Virus record (IMG/VR): IMGVR_UViG_3300021197_001620
Location: 1-52,348 of that record
Strand: one strand, 5' to 3'
DNA: 52,348 bases
Source of the DNA: a virus
Taxonomy: Duplodnaviria; Caudoviricetes
Shown here piece after piece: positions 27,576 through 36,026 of this stretch; position 1 is the stretch's first letter; each line of letters opens with the position of its first letter. A program made the position numbers and the translations under genes. The notes beneath the pieces were generated by a model. That model did no database searches. It worked only from the letters and a program-made list of their open reading frames with translations, and had not been told where the DNA came from.

Positions 27576-28471
27576 TCATCGTCACCTCCGACTCTATTGT
27601 AACTAGTACCCAAAAGCACCGAATGCTCGGGCTTTTTTATTTGTAGCATCTCGGATCTTCCGATAAATGTGCAGTATTCGCTCCAACTTCTTACGCTGAA
27701 GAAATCTTCGATTTCAATTTGATTTGAATCTTCGTAATTCAATGGCTTGAACACGTCTTCTGGTTTAAACCATCTTGCTGACCATCTCTCTTCGATTGGC
27801 AGCTTTAGTCCGTCTTCGTGAGTGGTACCTGGAGGTCTCAGGCCTGTTCCTTTCCTGATCACCCTTCGGAACTCAAGCCAATCTTCTTTATCGAATGTGA
27901 AAGAGCAGAGATTTCCCTCCTTGACGCCGTTGCCTCTGAAAGTCAAGTAACAATTTTTATCTCCACTGAGAAGCCTGCGGTGTTCTCGGAGTTGCCATGG
28001 AGGAAAATAGCTATGTGGGAATCGAACATAGTAGCGAGAGGGCGTTGTCCAATTTGAAAGGCTGCTCATCATCTTAAAGGCTGTCAATGCGCCATGAACA
28101 ACGGAGAATGCTTGAGAGTCTCTCTTGTTTCGGTGCTTCATTGGAACAGCCGTGTAAAAGATCGGGATTCTCTTTTTGTTCTGGTGCGGGTTTGGGTTGA
28201 ACGGTCTGTGGTGCCAAACAGGATCTCCTGCATAGTCTCCAAGTCTCTTTCTGACTATAGGAGCGAAATCATCATTCACAACAATCCATATCGACTTACA
28301 ACCTGCCCATGCACATTCTACCACTGCAGCCTCGATGAGATTGAAGTTTGGTGCAATCGGCATCATACAATCTGGCCATGGCTGATCAAAGTCTCTACTT
28401 TGCTGTCCTGCTACTGGAATTACACCGACGAGGTTCTTTGTTTGAACCTTAGTGTTTCGAAGGTTTTCCAT
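27572..28471 (-). CDS. sugar-nucleotidyltransferase-fold protein
   Basis: N-terminal GVIPVAG.......P...MPI...LIE......AG...IWIV; divergent signature. Confidence 0.6.
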   Translation of the reverse strand: MENLRNTKVQTKNLVGVIPVAGQQSRDFDQPWPDCMMPIAPNFNLIEAAVVECAWAGCKSIWIVVNDDFAPIVRKRLGDYAGDPVWHHRPFNPNPHQNKKRIPIFYTAVPMKHRNKRDSQAFSVVHGALTAFKMMSSLSNWTTPSRYYVRFPHSYFPPWQLREHRRLLSGDKNCYLTFRGNGVKEGNLCSFTFDKEDWLEFRRVIRKGTGLRPPGTTHEDGLKLPIEERWSARWFKPEDVFKPLNYEDSNQIEIEDFFSVRSWSEYCTFIGRSEMLQIKKPEHSVLLGTSYNRVGGDDE

Positions 28472-29196
28472 GGTTTCTCCTTTGCTTGTTTCATCTCGAA
28501 GACTTCTCTAAATGTCTTCAGTTGTTTAAATCGTGGGACGACCTTCCTTTCATGAAAGTCCATCTTTATTTGTTTATAATATTCTTTGCCGTTCTTGACC
28601 ATTCCCAATTGTCCTTTTAAACCGGCCTTGTGCATCATCCTAAGTGCTTTGATGCGAACCATGCCGTTACCATAGTCAGGGTTTAAAAGCTGCTCTTCAT
28701 CCATTATAGAGACTACAGTGAGGTCTTTTGTGCGAGGACGGACACCTCGTCTTCTCGAGGAATAAAAATTAATTTTTCTACACATTCGATCTCGAGACGC
28801 TAGAGTGTCAACGTCATGCGCAGTGCCTCTTCTCCAGTAAAACTCATCATAGACATCTGACACTTTATCTTGCTTGCCATCGAATAGAGTAGGCTCAGCA
28901 TTGTAAATGATTTTTCTGTTGTTTTTTGTGATCAGATTAATGTTTTCATCTATCCTTAGGGTCTGAACGTTCGACGGATGCAACAAGAGTCCCGTAAAGC
29001 CCATAATGAATGATAGATTTGTTATCATCTTGACTGGATCGTTCGTGTTGAACTCGGAGAAGTCGAGATCTTCAAATTGAGGATCACATCGGTGATAAGT
29101 GAGGTCATGAGTTAAGATACAGGGAGTTTGCGTTCTCCAAGAAAACAAAAGGCAGGATGGTGTCCTGCCTATGATTATCTTACTGTGCTTTATCAC
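28420..29196 (-). CDS. hypothetical protein (degenerate Rossmann-like start)
   Basis: KIIIG....LL.S N-terminus; overlaps the NTase-like gene. Confidence 0.6.
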   Translation of the reverse strand: MIKHSKIIIGRTPSCLLFSWRTQTPCILTHDLTYHRCDPQFEDLDFSEFNTNDPVKMITNLSFIMGFTGLLLHPSNVQTLRIDENINLITKNNRKIIYNAEPTLFDGKQDKVSDVYDEFYWRRGTAHDVDTLASRDRMCRKINFYSSRRRGVRPRTKDLTVVSIMDEEQLLNPDYGNGMVRIKALRMMHKAGLKGQLGMVKNGKEYYKQIKMDFHERKVVPRFKQLKTFREVFEMKQAKEKPWKTFETLRFKQRTSSV

Positions 29197-29879
29197 TTGT
29201 CACCATAAAATCGAGAGAAAAAGTCTGCCATGTCTGAGGCTCTTTTCTCACCTCTCTCGTGAGAGGCTGTCTGTTCTGGCGTAGGTTCTTCTGGTTCCAC
29301 TGGCTCGGTCTCAGATGGCAATCCTTCTAGATCGCCATAATTTGCTTTTGCGGAGGTAAATGCTTGCTTTGCTTTCTCAAACCCGTCACCAAACATGAAC
29401 CAATCGGTTGGGCGACCATGAAAGCCGACAAGAGTTGGAGCGATGTTGTGCTCAGCCATCGATTGACCAGCATATTCCAAGATTCTCTCCATGTTGGCTA
29501 AGAAAAATTCTACTTGATCTTTCGGAGCATTTTCGATGTAACTTTTGACTTTAATATCATAAAGTTTGTCGACATCTTCATCATCAAGCATTTTATCCAC
29601 ATAATGACTGAATCCACCGAAGATTTTTCTGTAAGCAGTTTGAGCCTGTTTTTCGGTCTTTGCTTTCTTAAGCAGGTCGGCTTGCAAAGAAGGATATCTA
29701 GATTCTATCCACTCTTTCCATTCTGTGTCACCTGGCATGCCTTGAATCACTCCCAAGTAGTCATCGAATGTTCCGAACCATTTATTGTCAAAATCTGCTC
29801 CGAGTTGTTCATCGATAAAGGGTTGGTTCACCTCTTTTATCACAAATTGTTTCCATTCATTTAATATTTGTTTCATCAT
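29193..29879 (-). CDS. tagged hypothetical protein
   Basis: MKQILNEWKQFVIKE variant tag. Confidence 0.7.
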   Translation of the reverse strand: MMKQILNEWKQFVIKEVNQPFIDEQLGADFDNKWFGTFDDYLGVIQGMPGDTEWKEWIESRYPSLQADLLKKAKTEKQAQTAYRKIFGGFSHYVDKMLDDEDVDKLYDIKVKSYIENAPKDQVEFFLANMERILEYAGQSMAEHNIAPTLVGFHGRPTDWFMFGDGFEKAKQAFTSAKANYGDLEGLPSETEPVEPEEPTPEQTASHERGEKRASDMADFFSRFYGDK

Positions 29880-30114
29880 TTTTTTCTAGCTCCTCTAATC
29901 CTTTTAAAACTTCTTCTGGGACATTTTTATAAGTTCTCCCATCGAACATTACGTCGTAAGCGTAAAACTTCAGCTTGCCGCCCTGTGGAGAATAGTGAGC
30001 ATACATTAAAACAGCCGTTGTTGTGACAATTCCCACGTTTGAATTGGACTCCAATGCATAGTAAATTGGAGTCTCGGACTTTATCATCACTAAATCGCCC
30101 GGTTCAAACTTCAC
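29857..30114 (-). CDS. KOW/SH3-like microprotein
   Basis: MKFEPGDLV...VGIV...YDVMFDG. Confidence 0.7.
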   Translation of the reverse strand: MKFEPGDLVMIKSETPIYYALESNSNVGIVTTTAVLMYAHYSPQGGKLKFYAYDVMFDGRTYKNVPEEVLKGLEELEKNDETNIK

Positions 30115-30811
30115 CTCTTATCTCCCTATAGGCACCTATCGAATAAGGCCAAATGTCTTCAGCGATGTCCAAACAAGCTTCTGCCATCTTTTGAATTTCC
30201 CATTGAGCACCTTCATGCGTTCTCAGGCCTATAAACTTAAGTAGGTTCGAAAGATTAACAGTTCCATAGTACTTTGCGTAAAGATTTTGAGGAAGAACTC
30301 CTCTGGCTTGCTCTCGACAGACTCCAGCATCAATCAACTTGTCAAACAAGTCCAAAGAATAATCGTGCCATTTTGCAACGGCATCACTGGACTTTGAGTA
30401 AGTATCCAAGAACATAGGTGCGATTGTTGGATCCTTTTGGTCATTTACGTTTGATGCCTGTCTATTGCTCTCGTGTTGAGTTCTAAATGTACTTGGTTCA
30501 TAAAATCTCAAGTCGACTTCAGTGTATCGACGAGAGATCTCGTTATAAGCCCATGTTCTGTGTCTCATGTGTTGAGATCTTACAAACATTGGAACCTCGA
30601 ACAAGAATGTGATCGAGTTGTGTTCAAATGGTGATGTGTGTTTGTGTTCGATCAAATACTTGATCAAGCCTTTATCTCTCTTTGTCAAGGGCTTTGTGTT
30701 ATCTTGACCAAAAGAAACGCGAGCAGCATTGGCGATCATTTTGTCATCGCCAACATGCTGCACATAAGACACCTTACCAATTCCGTCACCATAAAGGTCG
30801 ATTGATTTCAC
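30104..30811 (-). CDS. thyX: flavin-dependent thymidylate synthase
   Basis: AARVS, H.SPFEH, RHR(x7)SRRY, EQARGVLP, AQWEI. Confidence 0.97.
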   Translation of the reverse strand: MKSIDLYGDGIGKVSYVQHVGDDKMIANAARVSFGQDNTKPLTKRDKGLIKYLIEHKHTSPFEHNSITFLFEVPMFVRSQHMRHRTWAYNEISRRYTEVDLRFYEPSTFRTQHESNRQASNVNDQKDPTIAPMFLDTYSKSSDAVAKWHDYSLDLFDKLIDAGVCREQARGVLPQNLYAKYYGTVNLSNLLKFIGLRTHEGAQWEIQKMAEACLDIAEDIWPYSIGAYREIRGEV

Positions 30812-31503
30812 TTTCTACCTCGAACAAATTTAATTTTTTTACCTGAGGATTTCGCTTTGTAATTATGTTTCATCGACTCCATCATTGAATTTGGAGCAGG
30901 AACAACCTCTTCTTTAAATTGGAATGGCTTTCCTGATCCGCCACCACGGACTCTAGACCAAAACTCAGAATCTTCAGATACTTCTTCAATAGAAGTCCAA
31001 GGACCTCCCCAATTTTGCATTTGGCCTTGTGCGTCAAATGCCTGAATTGCTCTAACTTGATTTCCAGATCTGGATTGTAACAATTCTCCATAAATAAAAG
31101 CTTCTTGGTCATATTGTTGAGACATTTGCTTTCCGAACTCGAACAAAGATGCTCCTTCGTCTCTTGGGACATCTGGGCGTTCATCAGAATAAATAATGAG
31201 TGAATTTTCAATTACTTCTCTCTTTTCTCCAGTTTGCTCGTCTGTTTCTTCCCATTTTCCCTGAAGCTCAGAGAAGGGATATCCAGCAGATTGAGCTGAT
31301 CTCTTAAGTTCCTGATATCTCTGTCTGTTTTCTGCGGGAGTTTTCTCTCCACGGTCAGCTGACATAACTACAAATTCATCTGCTTGACGATCTTCCCTGC
31401 CACCATAGCCAGGAGCGTTAATTCTGTCAGCTAAAGATTTGCCAGTGGCTTCCTCGATTGCTTCGGCAATCATATTTTTAAGTGTTTTCGTGGTTAGTTT
31501 CAT
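30808..31503 (-). CDS. tagged protein with T3 SAM-lyase-like domain
   Basis: MKLTTKTLKNMIAEAIEE tag; SA.R......EN..R...L, G.W.E, E.S.II, Y.QE..I pattern parallels T3 SAMase. Confidence 0.55.
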   Translation of the reverse strand: MKLTTKTLKNMIAEAIEEATGKSLADRINAPGYGGREDRQADEFVVMSADRGEKTPAENRQRYQELKRSAQSAGYPFSELQGKWEETDEQTGEKREVIENSLIIYSDERPDVPRDEGASLFEFGKQMSQQYDQEAFIYGELLQSRSGNQVRAIQAFDAQGQMQNWGGPWTSIEEVSEDSEFWSRVRGGGSGKPFQFKEEVVPAPNSMMESMKHNYKAKSSGKKIKFVRGRK

Positions 31504-31778
31504 TTGTCAATTCTCCCATAGACGTAATTTTCTTTAACGACGTAAATAGTCTCAAGATCCGCTTTTATCTCTTGAACTGTCGTTCTATCAACTACGATAG
31601 TGTCTCCGAGCTTTAGCGCAATCGAGCAATCATCAGACATTCCAATGATGTCGGCAATCACATAAGGTGATTTTGGTGGTTGATAGTCGTTCGGCATCAC
31701 AAAGATGGGATTTTCGGTTGTTTGTTCATCTTCTCGAGGAAGAATGAGAAGATGTTTGTTGAATGGTTTTAAATGCAT
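31500..31778 (-). CDS. groES: co-chaperonin GroES-like
   Basis: LKPFN..LLI, GD.IV, V.E..V.G; 92 aa. Confidence 0.7.
   Translation of the reverse strand: MHLKPFNKHLLILPREDEQTTENPIFVMPNDYQPPKSPYVIADIIGMSDDCSIALKLGDTIVVDRTTVQEIKADLETIYVVKENYVYGRIDK
31543..31550 (-). promoter_or_regulatory. putative late promoter ACTATTTA (inside the groES 3' end)
   Basis: 40 nt upstream of the tagged SAM-lyase-like gene. Confidence 0.45.
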
Positions 31779-31812
31779 ATAGCCTCCTAATAAAAAAACG
31801 TGTTACACATAC

Positions 31813-31841
31813 AGTATAACACGTCTTCAATAGGTTGTCAA
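31813..31841 (-). promoter_or_regulatory. sigma70-type promoter (groES)
   Basis: TTGACA-N17-TATACT. Confidence 0.8.
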
Positions 31842-31850
31842 GTAGAAATT

Positions 31851-32045
31851 TTAATTTTCTTCGTGATTCTTCTTGTGTTCTTGAACTACACCACGGATTT
31901 CTCGAAGTTGCTTGGAGGCTTCCATAAGAGCTTTTCTAGCGCGAGGTGCGGCAGATTTATAGCCATAAGATCCAGCTTCCACTTTATCGAGATCTTCTTT
32001 GATCTCAGTTAAATTACGAATAATATTTTCTAATTCTTCTCTCAT
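31851..32045 (-). CDS. histone H1-like (Hc1-family) small protein
   Basis: G.K.AA.RARKA..E..K...E.R motif. Confidence 0.7.
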   Translation of the reverse strand: MREELENIIRNLTEIKEDLDKVEAGSYGYKSAAPRARKALMEASKQLREIRGVVQEHKKNHEEN

Positions 32046-32074
32046 AAGTTTCTCCTGTTAAAAAATTTCACAGA

Positions 32075-32650
32075 CTACTGTGCGTCTGGTTCTGTAAATA
32101 GTGTTTCAGGGTGTTTTTCGGCAACTTTGCGGCACATAGAGATGAAGTATACTTGAGAATAAGTCCTTTTCATGAAGTTTACATGTTTGTGGACCCACTG
32201 AACATTGTCTAAGACATAACCTCTTGAGCTATCAATTCTGTCTATGCTGGCATCGTTATATCTGTTAGTACCTATCGTCAGAGGCAGACCAGTCAGCGCA
32301 CAACACTTACCTTGTTCAAGAAACAAGTTCCATGCTTCTTCTTTTGTTATTTCGACTGGAACTTTTGTTCTTGCTCCTTGAGTGCGCTCTCTAAGGACAT
32401 GATCGTACCACCAGCCTCCTGATATGTCTCCCACGCCATTCCATTGATGATGATCTTTACCTGATTTGTGCATTTGGCACCCGCAAGATTTGACAGGTGA
32501 CTTTTTCCTAGTCAAGTGATCTGTTGAGAAAACTTTTTTGTTTCCACATAAACACTCACAAAGCCATGTTCTAGAACCTTGTCTGTTTGATGATGCTCTT
32601 TCCAAAACAGTCAAATTGTGAAATGTTTGACCGATTAAATCTTTAGCCAT
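32075..32650 (-). mobile_element. free-standing HNH homing endonuclease
   Basis: WLC.C.CG...SCGC module; CALTG, SIDRID...GY..DNV.WV....N.MK. Confidence 0.88.
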
Positions 32651-32720
32651 AAGAAAACCCTCCATAATGCTTCATGAGTAAATAGTAATAACTCACAAAA
32701 CATTACGGAAGGTTGCTTAT
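32649..32720 (-). promoter_or_regulatory. RBS-sequestering RNA hairpin with ACTATTTA at its loop
   Basis: 24 contiguous pairs (5 G-U) plus 5 more, covering GGAGG and the AU of AUG. Confidence 0.85.
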
Positions 32721-32734
32721 TTATTTGCGAACTT

Positions 32735-34594
32735 CTAGAAGATCTCGCAAGAGCCTCCTCCACCGCAGGCAATTTCACCTGATAAATCGGTTTCGTCATC
32801 TGCTTCTATAACTAGGTTCAAGTCGACATTTTTGACCAAAGCGAGCATCTTTTCATACTCTTCAACTGAGCAATCTTCATAGGGTGCCTGGACGTAGCTT
32901 CCGCCATCATAGGGCAAAACAGACAATCCATTGTAGACACCTCGGTTATTCCACATCCACTCTCCAACAGTTTCCCATTCATCATCCTTGATGGATACAG
33001 TCGCTGAAACATTGTGAGTATTGCTTCCTTTCTTGTGACCAGGTTTGATCCATTCTGTTGAAACCTTCTTTACTCTCTCGAGCAAGTCAAGTGCTGTTTC
33101 GTGGCGCGTTATTGCCCCTTCAGGAGCCTTTTGAGGCACAGATAGGATAGCAGTGTCGTGTGGACGGAAACGGTCGTCTTCGATCAATTCAGGCAGGTTC
33201 TGAAGCAAATAAGAATAGATGGCTTCATTCTTTCCAACACGTAAGCGACGAATATAGTAATCATTGTGCCAAGCATGAATGCCACTTGACGTGCCAAGAG
33301 TAAGAGAAGTTGTCCCTGCTGGCTTTACACATGTTTGGCGAGCTGCCTGCTGTATGCCGATTTGCATAGCAACTTGACGGTTCATTTTTGAAACTTCCAA
33401 CGATGCCTCGGCCATGTTCAAAGAAAGAACTCCACCAGATGCAATTCCAGTCATTGAGACGCCAATGAGGGCATCTTTCTCTGTTGTGCGTTGCCACACA
33501 GGGCGAAGGTAGTGAAAGTCCGTGTAGGACGCCTGAAGAGTTCCAATGAACGATGCTGCACGGGAGCGAGCATTTAATTCACTTTGACTATTCACATCGG
33601 ACACATTGATCTCGACCAAGTTGCAGAATTGATTTGGTCTTAAGCCAATCTCGCAACATGGGTTGCAACCCCAATCTTTATCGTTAGAGAAGTAGAATCC
33701 AGGCTCACCTGAGCGAGACTCTTCGACTCGTTTCCACAAATTCATGAAGGTTGGCTTATCAATCTTGTGTCGCATGACAACTACAGAATTGTTTGCTCTT
33801 CCTCGCTGTGGGTTGAGTTCCCACCAAGGTCCTGCCTTTGCGCTAAGCATGTCTTCGTCATCAGCACTGAATAGAGCAATGAGAGCGGCGCGACGAATAC
33901 CGCCTGCCAAAACCGCATCCGCAATGTGGCAGATGATATCATGAACCTCAATGGGCGAAAGTTTGTCTCCGTTTTCTTTTGCATCTAAAATTCCTTCTAC
34001 TTTTACTAAACATTCCCGTAGTGGTCTCGGGCCTGGTGCTTTACCACCGGATGTAACTAGTCTCGCACCTTTTGGACGAATGTCCGAGAAGTCGAAACGC
34101 AACTTTGATGTTCCTTTAAAGTAAGACATCATCAAGGCTTTTACTGAGTCTGCCCATCCTTCGATTGAGTCTCCAATAAGAAAGCGTCGCGTTCTCTTTG
34201 TTGACGGTCTACGAATCTCTGGTAGACTATCAACATGGTGCTTCTGCACAGAATAGCCAACGCCGGTTCCGCCCAAGAGCAAGAACATGATCTCGCCGAA
34301 CACTCGTGCGTCGTCTGCTGGAGCATAAGCGCAATTAAAGATACGATTTGGAGAAACCTCGATAGGCTTTCCTCCGAACTGCATGCTTCTCATAGATGGT
34401 AGGACTTGCTTGTTGTAAACAAACTTGTAGTTCTCGCGAATCTTCTGTTCGAGACTTGGGAACTTTTTAATGTGCATGTTCATGTTTCGAGTTACCAACT
34501 CGTCCCAGTTTTCTCGGCGCTTTTCTTCGTCAAGGTAACGTGCATACTTCATGTGGACTGTAATGTCCGACAGAATCTTCTTCTCTAAATCCAT
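32735..34594 (-). CDS. nrdJ: class II (adenosylcobalamin) ribonucleotide reductase
   Basis: PSMR, FNC, GTGVG, GGIRR, NPC.EI, KPAGT, C-terminal C.....CE. Confidence 0.92.
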   Translation of the reverse strand: MDLEKKILSDITVHMKYARYLDEEKRRENWDELVTRNMNMHIKKFPSLEQKIRENYKFVYNKQVLPSMRSMQFGGKPIEVSPNRIFNCAYAPADDARVFGEIMFLLLGGTGVGYSVQKHHVDSLPEIRRPSTKRTRRFLIGDSIEGWADSVKALMMSYFKGTSKLRFDFSDIRPKGARLVTSGGKAPGPRPLRECLVKVEGILDAKENGDKLSPIEVHDIICHIADAVLAGGIRRAALIALFSADDEDMLSAKAGPWWELNPQRGRANNSVVVMRHKIDKPTFMNLWKRVEESRSGEPGFYFSNDKDWGCNPCCEIGLRPNQFCNLVEINVSDVNSQSELNARSRAASFIGTLQASYTDFHYLRPVWQRTTEKDALIGVSMTGIASGGVLSLNMAEASLEVSKMNRQVAMQIGIQQAARQTCVKPAGTTSLTLGTSSGIHAWHNDYYIRRLRVGKNEAIYSYLLQNLPELIEDDRFRPHDTAILSVPQKAPEGAITRHETALDLLERVKKVSTEWIKPGHKKGSNTHNVSATVSIKDDEWETVGEWMWNNRGVYNGLSVLPYDGGSYVQAPYEDCSVEEYEKMLALVKNVDLNLVIEADDETDLSGEIACGGGGSCEIF

Positions 34595-34603
34595 TATGTA
34601 CTC

Positions 34604-35962
34604 CTATTGTGTTTTTAATTTTGAATATTTATCTTTTAGCATAGCGAGAGCGTCTCCCGTTGTTTGCATGCCTTCTGCTGACTCGTCTCTGTCCAAGATC
34701 TTGATGGTTACATCAGACCAATCGACGAAAGCATCAAATACAAGTCCGTCGGGACCATTTCGATTCTTAGCGACGAACAAGCGACCTTTATTGGCCTGCT
34801 TATCTTGAACTGTTCGAGACAACGAGAAGATAAAGTCTGCAACAAAGCATTTGTTAAATGCTTCCGAGATTGCTTCCATTGTAATGACTTCTGCATTAAG
34901 ACCTCCACGGTTAGTTTGCGATGCGGTCCAACAAGGAATCTCGTAAGATTGAGCAAGACCGCGAAGACCTTCATATGTCTCTTCTAGTTCATGTCGCTTC
35001 TCGCCAGTAGCTCGAGGCGGACGTAATAAGTCAGCATAGTCAACCAAGATCATGTCGGGCTCGATCCCTCTCTTCCGTAACTTCTCAATGTGATTTTTGA
35101 GAGTTGAAACAGAAGCCGATTTGGTTGGGTACTCTTTGATAATTAGAGTGCCTTCGAGGTCTTTGACCTTGCTTACAATTTCTTTTTGTCTTTCTCTGTG
35201 TTCCTGAAGTGGGACGTCGCTTATGCAGCAATCGAATCGTTGACCAACTACGGTGTCTTTGAGTTCCAAGGTGTAGTAAACAACTGTCTTGCCTTGCAGC
35301 AATGCTTGTGTGGCCAAGTGAACGAGAACCATTGACTTTCCAGCACCAGTTGGAGCGACAACAACTCCCAACTCGGACTTTCCAAGACCACCCTTGACAA
35401 TCTCATCCATTCGAGACCAACCTGTTGAAATGGGATCACGAGAAATCAATTCAAATCGCTTGAGCAAGTCTTTCCGAAAATCGTGACCAAAGTTATTATC
35501 GGTTCCAAGGACCAACGCGTCCTTAATGAGCTTCTCAATCTGTTCGAATGAAGAGCTTTTGAGTAGGGATGCGGATTTGATCATTGCGCCTTTGAGAACT
35601 TGCTTACGACAGAAGTCGATAGCCTTATCTTTGATGAAGTCACACTCTTCTATGCCATCAGAAGTATGGATTCGAGCATAGAACTCACGAACGTCTTTCT
35701 GTGTCGCTTTATCGTGATGGTTCAACTCTGTTCTCAACAAAGTCATCATGACTTCATTGTTTGGGTGAGTGTTATATTTATCTCTGTAGTTGATTAAAGT
35801 CTGTGCGAAGATCTGAAGATATTTCTTTTCAAAGAATGTGATATCGAGCACTTCTGTAATTTGATCGAAGAATGGTCGATCCTCCAACATAAGTTGGCAT
35901 AAACTTTCTTGAAAGTTCTTTCCGAAACGCGTAAAAGTTTCGTTCTTATTAAATTCGTTCAT
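34604..35962 (-). CDS. dnaB: replicative helicase (DnaB/gp41 family)
   Basis: APTGAGKS, TLE, VDYAD, TASQ.NR, KNR.G. Confidence 0.93.
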   Translation of the reverse strand: MNEFNKNETFTRFGKNFQESLCQLMLEDRPFFDQITEVLDITFFEKKYLQIFAQTLINYRDKYNTHPNNEVMMTLLRTELNHHDKATQKDVREFYARIHTSDGIEECDFIKDKAIDFCRKQVLKGAMIKSASLLKSSSFEQIEKLIKDALVLGTDNNFGHDFRKDLLKRFELISRDPISTGWSRMDEIVKGGLGKSELGVVVAPTGAGKSMVLVHLATQALLQGKTVVYYTLELKDTVVGQRFDCCISDVPLQEHRERQKEIVSKVKDLEGTLIIKEYPTKSASVSTLKNHIEKLRKRGIEPDMILVDYADLLRPPRATGEKRHELEETYEGLRGLAQSYEIPCWTASQTNRGGLNAEVITMEAISEAFNKCFVADFIFSLSRTVQDKQANKGRLFVAKNRNGPDGLVFDAFVDWSDVTIKILDRDESAEGMQTTGDALAMLKDKYSKLKTQ

Positions 35963-35991
35963 TTGTCCTCCCAGACTTTATTGGTTACATA

Positions 35992-36020
35992 AATATAACC
36001 TATTCTAATTCAGTTGTCAA
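35992..36020 (-). promoter_or_regulatory. sigma70-type promoter
   Basis: TTGACA-N17-TATATT. Confidence 0.8.
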
Positions 36021-36026
36021 GTATTT

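Noticed and set aside
32058-32734. Group I intron in nrdJ carrying the HNH
   Set aside because: nrdJ is already complete with its stop upstream, and there is too little non-coding sequence for an intron core
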